From the IMG/VR virus record IMGVR_UViG_3300022848_000005: a DNA stretch of 64,000 nt; one strand, written 5' to 3'. Within the stretch, counting starts at the first letter, position 1. Each line of letters opens with the position of its first letter. Below, piece after piece: positions 38,237 to 47,529 of the stretch. A model generated the notes under the pieces. The model made no database searches and was not told the DNA's origin. It saw nothing but the letters and a program-made list of their open reading frames with translations. The position numbers were made by a program, and so were the translations under genes. The stretch is from a virus (lineage: Duplodnaviria; Caudoviricetes).

Positions 38237-38871
38237 ACATTTTGCTAGTAGGTTGTGGTAAAAAGTTTGGTAGAACTATATTAGATAGTTTAGTGCAACG
38301 TGGACATAGTGTACACAGTATTAGCAGTGTGGACGTAGATGGTGTTAATAATATATTATTAGACTGGGATACTCTTAATCCTGCTGTAATAGAACGACAG
38401 TTACAACAGTTGCCCAGAATAGATTTTGTATTTTTTAACCACAATGGAAGTGCATTAAGTACTCAGAGCTTTGGCAAACTAAGCACACTGGAGTTATGGA
38501 AGTTGGGTAAGCGATGGAATCAGCAATACTACAATAGTGTTATATTTCCATTTCATCTTATACAGTCAATTACGTTAGATTTAAATGCAGTAGTAGCCTG
38601 GATGACAAGTTCTTATGTTTACAACCATGCAGATATCACACATAATGACTACATAGGGAATAAGTATCAGAGCTACCTTATAATGAAACAGTTTGGCAAC
38701 ACTGATCGAGCATGTTTTTGCGGCGTAAATCCTGACAGTCTTTATGATGCCAGTGTACAACCAGGTGAGTTTATTGAGGGCATGTACAAGTTAGATAGGC
38801 ACGAGTTAAACGGTTCTGTCATCGGTTTTGACTACACAAAAGATACACATTTTAACAAATTTAATGTATAA
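38233..38871 (+). CDS. SDR/Rossmann-like protein
   Basis: ILLVGCGKKFG; possible YxxxK (YIGNK). Confidence 0.5.
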   Translation: MNILLVGCGKKFGRTILDSLVQRGHSVHSISSVDVDGVNNILLDWDTLNPAVIERQLQQLPRIDFVFFNHNGSALSTQSFGKLSTLELWKLGKRWNQQYYNSVIFPFHLIQSITLDLNAVVAWMTSSYVYNHADITHNDYIGNKYQSYLIMKQFGNTDRACFCGVNPDSLYDASVQPGEFIEGMYKLDRHELNGSVIGFDYTKDTHFNKFNV

Positions 38872-38879
38872 TAATTAAT

Positions 38880-40250
38880 ATGAAGAATTACAGTGCAGAT
38901 TTACAAAAACTATTTTTAGAAATGATGATGGCAGACGCTCAAATGTTTGTGCGTGTTGGAAACATCTTTAACCCTGCTAACTTTGATAGAAGTCTACAGG
39001 ACACAGCCAGGTTTATACAAGAGTACACAGACAAACACAAGTCTCTGCCTAATAAAGATCAGGTAAAAGCAACATCTGGTGTAGAGCTTAAAGACGTTGG
39101 TGAAGTGCAGGAAGCACAACATGACTGGTTTCTAGAAGAATTTGAAGGATTTAGTCGCAGACAAGAACTTGAACGTGCCATACTGAAGGCGGCTGACTAC
39201 TTGGAAAAAGGTGACTATGATCCTGTTGAGAAATTAATTAAAGACGCAGTACAAATTAGTTTAACAAAAGATCTAGGCATAGACTATTTTGAGGATCCTA
39301 AGGCTAGACTTAGTTTACTAAGGGACAACAACGGACAAGTAAGTACAGGCTGGCCCACACTGGATAAGAAACTGTTTGGTGGCTTTAACAAAGGCGAGTT
39401 AAACATCTTTGCTGGTGGCAGTGGTAGTGGTAAGAGTTTGTTTATGCAAAACCTTGCTATTAACTGGATTATACAAGGACTTAACGGGGTATTCCTAACA
39501 CTAGAACTTAGTGAAGGCTTGTGTGCTATGCGTATAGACAGCATGTTGTCTAATGTCAGCACACGTGAAATATTTAAAGAGATCGATACTGTGGAGATGA
39601 AGATCAAAATGGTTGGTAAGAAGTCAGGTAGCCTACGCATCAAGTACATGCCGGCACAGAGCAACGTTAATCAAATTAGAGCGTACTTGAAAGAACTGGA
39701 AGTACAGACAGGACAAAAAGCAGACTTTATCATGGTAGACTATTTGGACTTGGTTATGCCAGTTAGTGCAAAGGTAAGTCCAAGTGACTTGTTTGTTAAA
39801 GACAAGTATGTGAGTGAAGAACTACGTAATCTAGCAAAAGAATTTAACATACTGATGGTAACCGCATCACAATTAAATCGCAGTGCGGTTGAAGAAATAG
39901 AATTTGATCATAGCCACATATCTGGTGGGTTAAGCAAAATAAATACTGCTGACAACGTGTTTGGTATATTTACGTCAAGAGCAATGCGTGAACGTGGACG
40001 ATATCAGATACAGTTAATGAAGACTCGTAGTTCTAGTGGTGTTGGACAAAAGATTGATTTAGAGTACAACATGGAGACGCTGAGAATTATCGACGCAGGT
40101 GAAGAAGAGCAGACTAACCAACGACAATCGGGTATTATGAATCAAATAAAAACAAAATCATCAACAACTACAGAAGCACCCAAGGTCACAGCTCAAGTCG
40201 ATAGTTCTAAGCTCAAGTCTATGTTGGCTGGGCTGAGGAAAGTTGAATAA
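38880..40250 (+). CDS. Replicative helicase (DnaB/gp41-like)
   Basis: GGSGSGKS, LELSE, VDYLDL, TASQLNR, MKTRSS. Confidence 0.93.
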   Translation: MKNYSADLQKLFLEMMMADAQMFVRVGNIFNPANFDRSLQDTARFIQEYTDKHKSLPNKDQVKATSGVELKDVGEVQEAQHDWFLEEFEGFSRRQELERAILKAADYLEKGDYDPVEKLIKDAVQISLTKDLGIDYFEDPKARLSLLRDNNGQVSTGWPTLDKKLFGGFNKGELNIFAGGSGSGKSLFMQNLAINWIIQGLNGVFLTLELSEGLCAMRIDSMLSNVSTREIFKEIDTVEMKIKMVGKKSGSLRIKYMPAQSNVNQIRAYLKELEVQTGQKADFIMVDYLDLVMPVSAKVSPSDLFVKDKYVSEELRNLAKEFNILMVTASQLNRSAVEEIEFDHSHISGGLSKINTADNVFGIFTSRAMRERGRYQIQLMKTRSSSGVGQKIDLEYNMETLRIIDAGEEEQTNQRQSGIMNQIKTKSSTTTEAPKVTAQVDSSKLKSMLAGLRKVE

Positions 40251-40503
40251 CGATAGTTTTGAGATAATATATAGAGAATTAGTGATATTTGAATCTCCAG
40301 ATGGCGGACAAACGGTCTACGAACGTAGTCCAGGTCAAATTGCACGTACTCTTGTGGGTAGACGAGACACAATACCATCATGGTATATAGATGTACGAGG
40401 GTTTAATCAGCTAATGCACGAGGCAAAGGATAATGTTACCTTACAGGATGCTCTATTGCAATTAAAAACATTGTGGGAATTAACAAAGAAAGACGACAGT
40501 TAA
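40243..40503 (+). CDS. Hypothetical protein
   Basis: FESPDGGQTVYER; coupled ORF. Confidence 0.6.
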   Translation: MNNDSFEIIYRELVIFESPDGGQTVYERSPGQIARTLVGRRDTIPSWYIDVRGFNQLMHEAKDNVTLQDALLQLKTLWELTKKDDS

Positions 40504-41081
40504 TGCATTTATTAGAAAACTTTAATTACATTCAAAGAACAGCAAAACATGCCGCTGAATCGATCGCAAACAGAACTCGTATTGCATCGTGGGCATGGCG
40601 TATAGAAAACGTGTTGCCAGATGATATTATAGTTGACATAAGAGACTTTATGGCGGCAAATCAGAAGTGGGAGACTGAGCAATTAGAATTTGATATACCA
40701 AGACGTGCAGTACACTGGGATCAGGTATCAACTAGTCCATATAGACGTATGCATTATGCTTTTCAACAACTAAGCCCAGTAATATCGGAAGCAATAGGAC
40801 ACCAGGTAGACTTTCAACATTGTAACATGTGGGAGGATGGTACAGAATATATAATTCCACCACATGTAGACAATGATAGTATTAGGGTAGCCATACAAGT
40901 TTATCTTAACGATGCAGATGAGGATTGTGGTACTTCAATATATTCTAGTCAAAACACAGAAATATATAAGTTTCCTTTCATTTCGAACACAGGATACATC
41001 ATGCACAATACTCCAACTAGTTGGCACGGTATGATGACGCCAGGAAATGTTAGGCGTAGTTTATACGCAAACTATCGATAA
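40503..41081 (+). CDS. 2OG-Fe(II) oxygenase
   Basis: PHVDND (HxD), QVYLN, WHG, RRSL. Confidence 0.8.
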   Translation: MHLLENFNYIQRTAKHAAESIANRTRIASWAWRIENVLPDDIIVDIRDFMAANQKWETEQLEFDIPRRAVHWDQVSTSPYRRMHYAFQQLSPVISEAIGHQVDFQHCNMWEDGTEYIIPPHVDNDSIRVAIQVYLNDADEDCGTSIYSSQNTEIYKFPFISNTGYIMHNTPTSWHGMMTPGNVRRSLYANYR

Positions 41082-41940
41082 AAGTATAGTTAGACAAGTA
41101 CTCTTTCTCAAAAATCTTTTTATCACAATCACTGGGAAAACTTAGTTGCCCAACCTGAATAGACCCCAATGCAAATTTAGGCGCAGTATACCCTAACTTT
41201 ATAAACTTTTCTTTATGCTTGTGGTAATAATTTAACACATTGCGTTCTAACTCCGCATACTCTTCCTCAGTGTGATGAGTAAACTTTGCGTTAAAGTCGC
41301 TTTTGAAATATTGTTGAGGTATAAATGCTTCGTCACCGATATGCTGATCATCGTCCCTATACATATCAACCAATGTCTTGCCTATTTCGCAATAGTTTAT
41401 ATACAATCCTCCCCATTGTTCCTGCAGACTAAAGTGTTCGTAATCTTCTGGGGCAAACGGTATCCGTGGTCTCTGATCACTGCTAAACGTACACACAAAC
41501 CTTGCGTACCCGCTACTGCTCTCTAGTCTATGTATGTATATGTTAAGTTGTCCTAGTGCATGTTGTACAGCCTTGGGTGCCTTAGAGTACCAGTCACTGC
41601 TGTCTTGAGCATCATAGAGCCCATGATAGCGTTCAAATATATTATGTAAGTAGTTGAGGTCGTCCTGTGTGTAATTGTAGTTAATATAACGTTCGCATAC
41701 AGGCTTATATGCGTTTATTGTGTCCACAAACCCATTTATTGTGTCCACACAGTATTCCAGTGTATACTTAGATCCAGTAAAGCCATAGAGTCTCTCAGGG
41801 TCGTCTAAATGGGTACCCAAATCTAGTGTTTTTTGCAATTCGGACAACCATTTACTTGCTATTTCGGTGCGAAATATGCTATAATAGAGTGTATATTGAG
41901 AACCATGTATATTGGATAGTGTTATTTCTAATCTTGTCAT
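41050..41940 (-). CDS. Hypothetical protein
   Basis: ORF track; start reassigned to ATG 41940 (MTRLEI). Confidence 0.65.
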   Translation of the reverse strand: MTRLEITLSNIHGSQYTLYYSIFRTEIASKWLSELQKTLDLGTHLDDPERLYGFTGSKYTLEYCVDTINGFVDTINAYKPVCERYINYNYTQDDLNYLHNIFERYHGLYDAQDSSDWYSKAPKAVQHALGQLNIYIHRLESSSGYARFVCTFSSDQRPRIPFAPEDYEHFSLQEQWGGLYINYCEIGKTLVDMYRDDDQHIGDEAFIPQQYFKSDFNAKFTHHTEEEYAELERNVLNYYHKHKEKFIKLGYTAPKFALGSIQVGQLSFPSDCDKKIFEKEYLSNYTFIDSLRINYA

Positions 41941-41955
41941 AATGTTTATAGATAC

Positions 41956-41963
41956 TATAAATA
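41956..41963 (+). promoter_or_regulatory. T4-type late promoter TATAAATA heading the 42-46 kb block
   Basis: Exact TATAAATA followed by a GGAG RBS. Confidence 0.7.
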
Positions 41964-41984
41964 TACTTAATCCTGGAGCGTGTA

Positions 41985-42233
41985 GTGCAAAAGAAAACAA
42001 GAAGCCTATTAGATGAATTAGATATCTTTGTTTCACAAAGAGATAATAATGTTCTAATAGAGAACAGAGCCCACAATGTTATTCTAAGTGCGATAAACTT
42101 GCTACAGCACATAAAAGAAACTTATGACTCAGAGACTGCCGCAAACTTAGAAAAACGTTTGCTAAACAGCATACGCACCGGGGAACCAGAAAAGTTTACC
42201 AGGGGTATAAGGAGAGCCAAACGTGAAGGTTAA
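41985..42233 (+). CDS. Hypothetical late protein
   Basis: GTG start after GGAG. Confidence 0.7.
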   Translation: MQKKTRSLLDELDIFVSQRDNNVLIENRAHNVILSAINLLQHIKETYDSETAANLEKRLLNSIRTGEPEKFTRGIRRAKREG

Positions 42234-42492
42234 CGAGGTTGTTACAGAAGGCTGGAAAGATCTAGCATCACAGTTTGCTGGCGGACTTGCTGGAAAATCC
42301 GCTGACACTGTTAATTATGAAAAACAGAAAGCAGGAACAGAAAATGCAGAAAAAGAAAGAATACAAAAAGCGGCTAGAGAAAAAGGCATGTCAGTGCCAC
42401 AATACCTAGATTGGCTTAAAAAACAAGCAACAGCACAGGGTAGTAGTATTAGTCTTGACACTAATATTTCTGCCGCAAAAAAGGCGCATTAA
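42223..42492 (+). CDS. Putative internal head protein
   Basis: N-terminus MKVNEVVTE; AGGLAGKSA shared with the next ORF. Confidence 0.55.
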   Translation: MKVNEVVTEGWKDLASQFAGGLAGKSADTVNYEKQKAGTENAEKERIQKAAREKGMSVPQYLDWLKKQATAQGSSISLDTNISAAKKAH

Positions 42493-43082
42493 TGAAAGTT
42501 AAAGAATTATTTGAGGCAGGGTTGTGGGCACAAATCGCAGGTGGTTTGGCAGGCAAAAGTGCTGGGCAAATTGATCGTGAAGAGCGATCCTATACAAAAC
42601 AACAAAAAGCAAACCAAACTGCACAACAGTCAGTAACTAATACGCCTGTACAACAAAAAGCAAACCAAACTGCACAACAGTCTCCTGCACAACTTAATGC
42701 AAATTTAGATGCTAAAATAGCGTATGCAAAGTCTAGAGGCTGGATTGGATCGAGGCCTACTAATCAGGATAAAGCATATCTTGACAGTGTGGATGTTGAT
42801 ATAGATCCAAACAGATTTAACAACGTTGATCCTAAAACATTTTTTATACCACACCAACCTCTTCATGTAAAATCCGCCCTGGACGAATTTTCTGTATCAA
42901 CAGTTGAACTTAACAGGGCGTTGGGATTTAAGCATCAAGAAGAATTTAAAGGATACTCTACTATAACACTTACACCAGCAGGTTGGTACTCTGTAAACAG
43001 ACAAGCATATATTAACCCTAACAGTAAAGCACAGACTGTGATTGACATGTTCTATAATAGAAGCAAGGGCGGAACACGATGA
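42492..43082 (+). CDS. Putative internal head protein
   Basis: N-terminus MKVKELFE; AGGLAGKSA. Confidence 0.55.
   Translation: MKVKELFEAGLWAQIAGGLAGKSAGQIDREERSYTKQQKANQTAQQSVTNTPVQQKANQTAQQSPAQLNANLDAKIAYAKSRGWIGSRPTNQDKAYLDSVDVDIDPNRFNNVDPKTFFIPHQPLHVKSALDEFSVSTVELNRALGFKHQEEFKGYSTITLTPAGWYSVNRQAYINPNSKAQTVIDMFYNRSKGGTR
42599..42682 (+). repeat. 33-nt exact direct repeat, 51-nt period (QQKANQTAQQS x2)
   Basis: Copies at 42599 and 42650. Confidence 0.9.
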
Positions 43083-43777
43083 TATCAGAAGGTGGTAAAG
43101 CAATTCCTTCAGCACTGCCAGTTACACTTAAGAACTTTGATGCTGTTAAGAAGAACTTACAAAAGGCGTTACCACTTGGTATAGACATGTACGCTATTGG
43201 TTCAGCAGGCAAGAAAGAAGTTAGCAGTGACGTTGATGTTCTTATTGATGCCGAACAGTTACTAGACATATTTCCGTTAGATGACTTAAAACTAGCTAGA
43301 CAAGCATTGGAAAAACATTTCCAAAACATGGGGCTAGAAGCAAAACGCACTGGTGTTAGTATACACGTTGGCGTACCTAACGGTGAAGGCGGTGTGGCAC
43401 AAGTAGACTTAATGGCAGTTAATAATGCACAAGCGGCACAGCCATTGCATACACATGATTATACTGATCCCAACATGAAAGGTGGGACACTACATGCTAT
43501 GTGGGCAGACCTAGCAAACATGAGTGCGACACCTGAAGCAGAAAGTTTAATGATGAGTCCATACAAAGGACTAGTTAACAGGGAAACTAAGGAATTGGTC
43601 TCCAACAACAAAGATGAAATAGCAAAGATTATTATTGGTCCCAGTGCCACAGCAGACGACATGGGCAATCCCACAAAGTTACTAAAGGCATTGGAGCCCT
43701 ATCCTAAAAAGTACGACGCAATTAAAAACAAATACATGGCAACAGAGTGGAATCAAAAATGGCAGAACCTACAGTAG
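43079..43777 (+). CDS. Pol-beta superfamily nucleotidyltransferase
   Basis: IGSAGKKEVSSDVDV (GS...DxD) plus a third Asp in QVDLM. Confidence 0.75.
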   Translation: MISEGGKAIPSALPVTLKNFDAVKKNLQKALPLGIDMYAIGSAGKKEVSSDVDVLIDAEQLLDIFPLDDLKLARQALEKHFQNMGLEAKRTGVSIHVGVPNGEGGVAQVDLMAVNNAQAAQPLHTHDYTDPNMKGGTLHAMWADLANMSATPEAESLMMSPYKGLVNRETKELVSNNKDEIAKIIIGPSATADDMGNPTKLLKALEPYPKKYDAIKNKYMATEWNQKWQNLQ

Positions 43778-44874
43778 GCAGAAAGTATCAACACATTGAA
43801 GATCTGGTATTCACTAACGGCAGTCGTGGTGGACTACATGCTGTTGGGCGTCTTAAAGACATGCAAGAGTCCGGCGGTATAGAAATAAAGTGGGACGGAA
43901 TGCCTGTAGTGTACTGGGGAGAAGTTCACGGTAAGTTTACGGTTCTGATGAAGAATGCTCTTGCATACCTTAAGCGTGGTGTGAGAGAGGTTGGTGCAGG
44001 TATCCCTACACTGGCAACAGGACCGCAGGATGTAACAGACTTCGTAGCAGGTACAGGTAAGATTAAACCAGAACAACAAGATGCTAGACAGGCACTTGCT
44101 AAAGACATGGGTGCATTATGGCCTTACTTACGTAACGCAAGTCCTAAAAAGGGACTAGTGGAAGGTGGGTTATTGTTCCATCCAGGAAAGCCTGCTGTGT
44201 TAAACAAAGCAACAAACGAATACGAGTTCCAACCTAATGTAACAAAGTTTCATATTCCAGCAGACAGCAATTTAGGCAAGCGTATTGCTACTGCAACAAT
44301 CATGGTAGCGATTACTGGATACCAAGAAGACATAATGTCGCCTGAAGGTCGTCTGGATAATGTAGAGAAGTTAAGCACACCGGATGTCATTGTACAAGGC
44401 ACAGCGTATACTGAAGAAAAACCTAAACTTGACGACAAAGGGTTAGGTATTGTGGAACGTTATATTAGCAGTAATGCCAGTAAAATAGATGACTTTATTG
44501 GTGGCCAGTCAGGATTAAAAAGACCAGGCGATGTGTTATATAAGTTCTACAATCAGTCGCTTAGAATACCAGGTGCAAAGAAAGGTTTTACAGACTGGGT
44601 ACAAAATAACTTAAGTGCTGAGCAAGCACAAAAAGTTTTAAACCATCCTGGATTAGACGCTACGCTTAACGCAGTTGAAATGATAACAGGACAAAAGAAT
44701 CTGGTATTACAGCAGTTAGGGTCAGCAACACACGGTGATATCAGACAGACTAAACCAGAAGGTTATGTGCAAGCTCATCCAGGTAAAGAGTTTAAGGCTG
44801 ACTTACCGGGACAGTTTATTAAAATGATTGATCAACCGACTTGGACGCCTAACAGAGGCTTTAAAGATAAGTAG
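43759..44874 (+). CDS. Ligase/capping-enzyme-like covalent NTase (DUF6267-like)
   Basis: Motif I IKWDG; QHIEDL; C-terminal FIKMID. Confidence 0.6.
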   Translation: MAEPTVGRKYQHIEDLVFTNGSRGGLHAVGRLKDMQESGGIEIKWDGMPVVYWGEVHGKFTVLMKNALAYLKRGVREVGAGIPTLATGPQDVTDFVAGTGKIKPEQQDARQALAKDMGALWPYLRNASPKKGLVEGGLLFHPGKPAVLNKATNEYEFQPNVTKFHIPADSNLGKRIATATIMVAITGYQEDIMSPEGRLDNVEKLSTPDVIVQGTAYTEEKPKLDDKGLGIVERYISSNASKIDDFIGGQSGLKRPGDVLYKFYNQSLRIPGAKKGFTDWVQNNLSAEQAQKVLNHPGLDATLNAVEMITGQKNLVLQQLGSATHGDIRQTKPEGYVQAHPGKEFKADLPGQFIKMIDQPTWTPNRGFKDK

Positions 44875-44878
44875 TACT

Positions 44879-45469
44879 ATGAGAGCAAAAGAAATATTAA
44901 GAGAAGCACCAGAACAACGTGTAGCCTTTAGTTGGGGTAGGTTTCAGCCACCACACTTAGGACACGCAGAGGTGTTTAAGAAACTGGAGTCAGTAGGAAA
45001 CTATGGTTTCTGGATAGGCACGGGACAAACAACCGATCCTAAAAAGAATCCATTGCAGTATGCAGACAAAGTTGCTATACTGAAACAGATGTTTCCTGGG
45101 CACAGCGACAACATATTATCTGACCCCAGTATTAAGACAGTATACAATGCTATTGTAGCAATATATAACAAATACGATCCCAAAGAAGCAGAGAACATTA
45201 CTTTAGTTTTTGTTGGTGATCCAGAAAGAATTAACGACTTCGTTGGTAGTTTTAAAAAGTTTAATGGTGTTGAAGCACGTCATGGTTATTACAAGTTTAA
45301 AGATGTAACCGGATTTGCTAACACCGATAAAGGTGATGTGAGAGCAACAGATGTTCGAGGTGCAGTGCAGGCTAAGGACATGACAAAATTTCAACAACTT
45401 ACTGGTTTAACTGGTGAGTTGGCTCAGACAGTTTTTAACAAGGTAGCAAAGGGAATGGGCGTTGTTTGA
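44879..45469 (+). CDS. HxGH nucleotidyltransferase (cytidylyl/NMN-adenylyltransferase-like)
   Basis: GRFQPPHLGH; C-terminal RATDVR; start reassigned to ATG 44879 (MRAKEILRE), 5 nt after TAAGTA. Confidence 0.85.
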   Translation: MRAKEILREAPEQRVAFSWGRFQPPHLGHAEVFKKLESVGNYGFWIGTGQTTDPKKNPLQYADKVAILKQMFPGHSDNILSDPSIKTVYNAIVAIYNKYDPKEAENITLVFVGDPERINDFVGSFKKFNGVEARHGYYKFKDVTGFANTDKGDVRATDVRGAVQAKDMTKFQQLTGLTGELAQTVFNKVAKGMGVV

Positions 45470-46019
45470 CTTTATTCAAGAATTAAATGAAAGCAGGATT
45501 TTTAGGTACGAACACGACTTCGAGGGGATGTCTGCTCGTGACCTAGGTCATCTACTGTATCAAATTGTTATGATGTTGGAAATTATTAGACATTATGACA
45601 AAAACTGGGTTAAACAGTATGCTAAGAAGACATATCAGTTTGGGGGGTTTCCAGGAATGAAGGCTGCCCAAACTGATATGTACAATCTTATAAGTGTTGT
45701 TAATAACCAAGACAAATATGACACGTATTTAAAGACTGACAAGTCAGTGTATGTTCCTGACTTTGGCATCAAACGTTATTTGTTAGACATTATTAACGAT
45801 AATAGACACATCACCAGAGACAGAGCACTATTCACTAAACTAGAAGACACATTAAAAGTACAGGATAGTGCTCTTAAAAACATCAGACGCTTAGTAAGTT
45901 ACTGGGACAACTACAGTGACGCACAAAAGAAAACAACAGTAGTAAATCTTAGACAGAACGTTCGTTCTGACACTCCTTATATTGACGTATACTGGTCAAA
46001 ATTTAAAGAACTAGCATAA
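45462..46019 (+). CDS. Hypothetical, putative head-associated protein
   Basis: N-terminus MFDFIQELNE. Confidence 0.6.
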   Translation: MFDFIQELNESRIFRYEHDFEGMSARDLGHLLYQIVMMLEIIRHYDKNWVKQYAKKTYQFGGFPGMKAAQTDMYNLISVVNNQDKYDTYLKTDKSVYVPDFGIKRYLLDIINDNRHITRDRALFTKLEDTLKVQDSALKNIRRLVSYWDNYSDAQKKTTVVNLRQNVRSDTPYIDVYWSKFKELA

Positions 46020-46070
46020 ATAATAGTAAGTTAGCGAACAGGCTAATAATAAAATTTAAGGAGTTTTAAA

Positions 46071-46529
46071 ATGGCAGACGTAACAAGAGTACATGGTAAC
46101 GCACATGGTGTGGTTCATCAGGACAGAGGCCTCTCTGGTAGTGGAGCATTAAGTGGTGACGAGTTAGTAGTTAACATTGGTAGAAGTGCTAAGTTCTTTG
46201 GAATCGTTATTTACAACGCATCTGGATCAGGCGGCGCAGGTAATGTCGATCTACAAAACGAATTAGACGCTGGCGAATCAGTTGAAGCAATTCTTAAAGC
46301 AGTTGCGGCATCTACCGTTTCTAGCGTACAATACGGTGGTGAGATTTTAGCATATCAGGTACAAGACGATGCTAACGGTCAAATCAGCGTTATGGTTGCT
46401 GGTTCAAATTGGACAGGCGCAACATTGCAAACAGCAATTCGTGCATTAGGCGCAACAGTTGGTGGCAATTCAAAAGACGTAACAGGCACACTCGTAACAG
46501 ATACAGGCATGAAGTTAGCACTATCATAA
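46071..46529 (+). CDS. Putative abundant virion protein, paralog A
   Basis: TAAATA 46017-46022, AAGGAG RBS, Gly/Ala-rich; MADVTRVHG. Confidence 0.6.
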   Translation: MADVTRVHGNAHGVVHQDRGLSGSGALSGDELVVNIGRSAKFFGIVIYNASGSGGAGNVDLQNELDAGESVEAILKAVAASTVSSVQYGGEILAYQVQDDANGQISVMVAGSNWTGATLQTAIRALGATVGGNSKDVTGTLVTDTGMKLALS

Positions 46530-46548
46530 TTTAGAGTTTTAGTAACTT

Positions 46549-46582
46549 AAAAAAGGGCGCATATTATTTGCGCCTTTTTTTT
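46549..46582. terminator. Bidirectional-type intrinsic terminator
   Basis: A run-GGGCGCA-loop-TGCGCC-T run. Confidence 0.8.
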
Positions 46583-46590
46583 ATAACCAG

Positions 46591-46598
46591 TATAAATA
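46591..46598 (+). promoter_or_regulatory. T4-type late promoter TATAAATA
   Basis: Exact motif upstream of AAGGAG and ATG 46629. Confidence 0.75.
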
Positions 46599-46628
46599 CT
46601 ACAAATACATTTAATTAAGGAGTGACAA

Positions 46629-47060
46629 ATGGCAGATTTAACAAGAGTACACGGTAGCCCATCAGGTAACGTGTCATATGACAGATCAGTAGCAAACGTT
46701 GGTAACATCTCAGCAGACGAACTAGTAGATGTTGTAGGTCGTAAGTTAGACTTTTTCAAAATTGTTATTCAAAACGGTTCTAGTACTAACCAAGACTTGC
46801 GTTCAGAAATGGGACCTAACGAGTGTGTAGAAAAAGTTTTACAAATTATCCAAAACTACACAGACGGTACTAACGAAGGAACTGCAACTCTCGTAGCATA
46901 TCAGGTAGAAGGCGACGACACAGGACAAATCAGTGTTGCAGTTGAAGGTTCTAGCTGGACAGCGTCAGCATTGCAGGCGTCCATTCGTGCTACTACAACA
47001 TTGAACTCAATCAATGTTACAGGTACAGACGTTACAGCACCTGGGTTAGATTTAGCATAA
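46629..47060 (+). CDS. Putative abundant virion protein, paralog B
   Basis: MADLTRVHG; shares DLxxE, AYQV..DD.GQISV.V.GS.WT with paralog A. Confidence 0.6.
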   Translation: MADLTRVHGSPSGNVSYDRSVANVGNISADELVDVVGRKLDFFKIVIQNGSSTNQDLRSEMGPNECVEKVLQIIQNYTDGTNEGTATLVAYQVEGDDTGQISVAVEGSSWTASALQASIRATTTLNSINVTGTDVTAPGLDLA

Positions 47061-47081
47061 TACTAAATTAACACTATAAAT

Positions 47082-47112
47082 AAAAAGGCATACATTTTGT
47101 GTGCCTTTTTTT
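47082..47112 (+). terminator. Intrinsic terminator overlapping a TATAAATA (47075-47082)
   Basis: AAAAAGGCATAC-ATTTT-GTGTGCCTTTTT. Confidence 0.75.
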
Positions 47113-47529
47113 ATGCACTGTCAAAGTTTACATAGAGATTTAAGAATACAGCAAGTGCCCTTAACACAATTAAGTTCACTTTTTATACACCCCAACGAAC
47201 GTTTTAAATGGAAGGTTCTCCCAACGATGCGGGATCAAGGTATGTATTACCCATTAGCAGTGTGTAAGATAACAACGGAGTTGTTTAGTAAACAATTCTG
47301 GGGTAAACTTAAAGTAGATCCTGTAGTAAACGAGGATAATTTAGTCTGGGCAATTAAAATGGGAGCTAATAGATATGATGCCGCCCTTCATCTTGGATAT
47401 ACATCTATAGATGTAATTATACATCCCAATCTAAATGATTGTATTACCTGGGACCGTTACTTTAAGTATGTTAATCCTTTATTCAATAAAGATCCTGAGC
47501 CTTACCAGGCAAAGTTTACATATGAGTAA
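47113..47529 (+). CDS. ParB/Srx-like domain protein
   Basis: YPLAV...GANRYDAALHLGYTSIDV resembles ParB G.HR..AA..LG...I.V. Confidence 0.45.
   Translation: MHCQSLHRDLRIQQVPLTQLSSLFIHPNERFKWKVLPTMRDQGMYYPLAVCKITTELFSKQFWGKLKVDPVVNEDNLVWAIKMGANRYDAALHLGYTSIDVIIHPNLNDCITWDRYFKYVNPLFNKDPEPYQAKFTYE

Noticed and set aside
38233-38871. SDR-like ORF as the missing ColC reductase
   Set aside because: Too short and lacks the extended-SDR GxxGxxG and Fcl-type motifs; far from the cluster.
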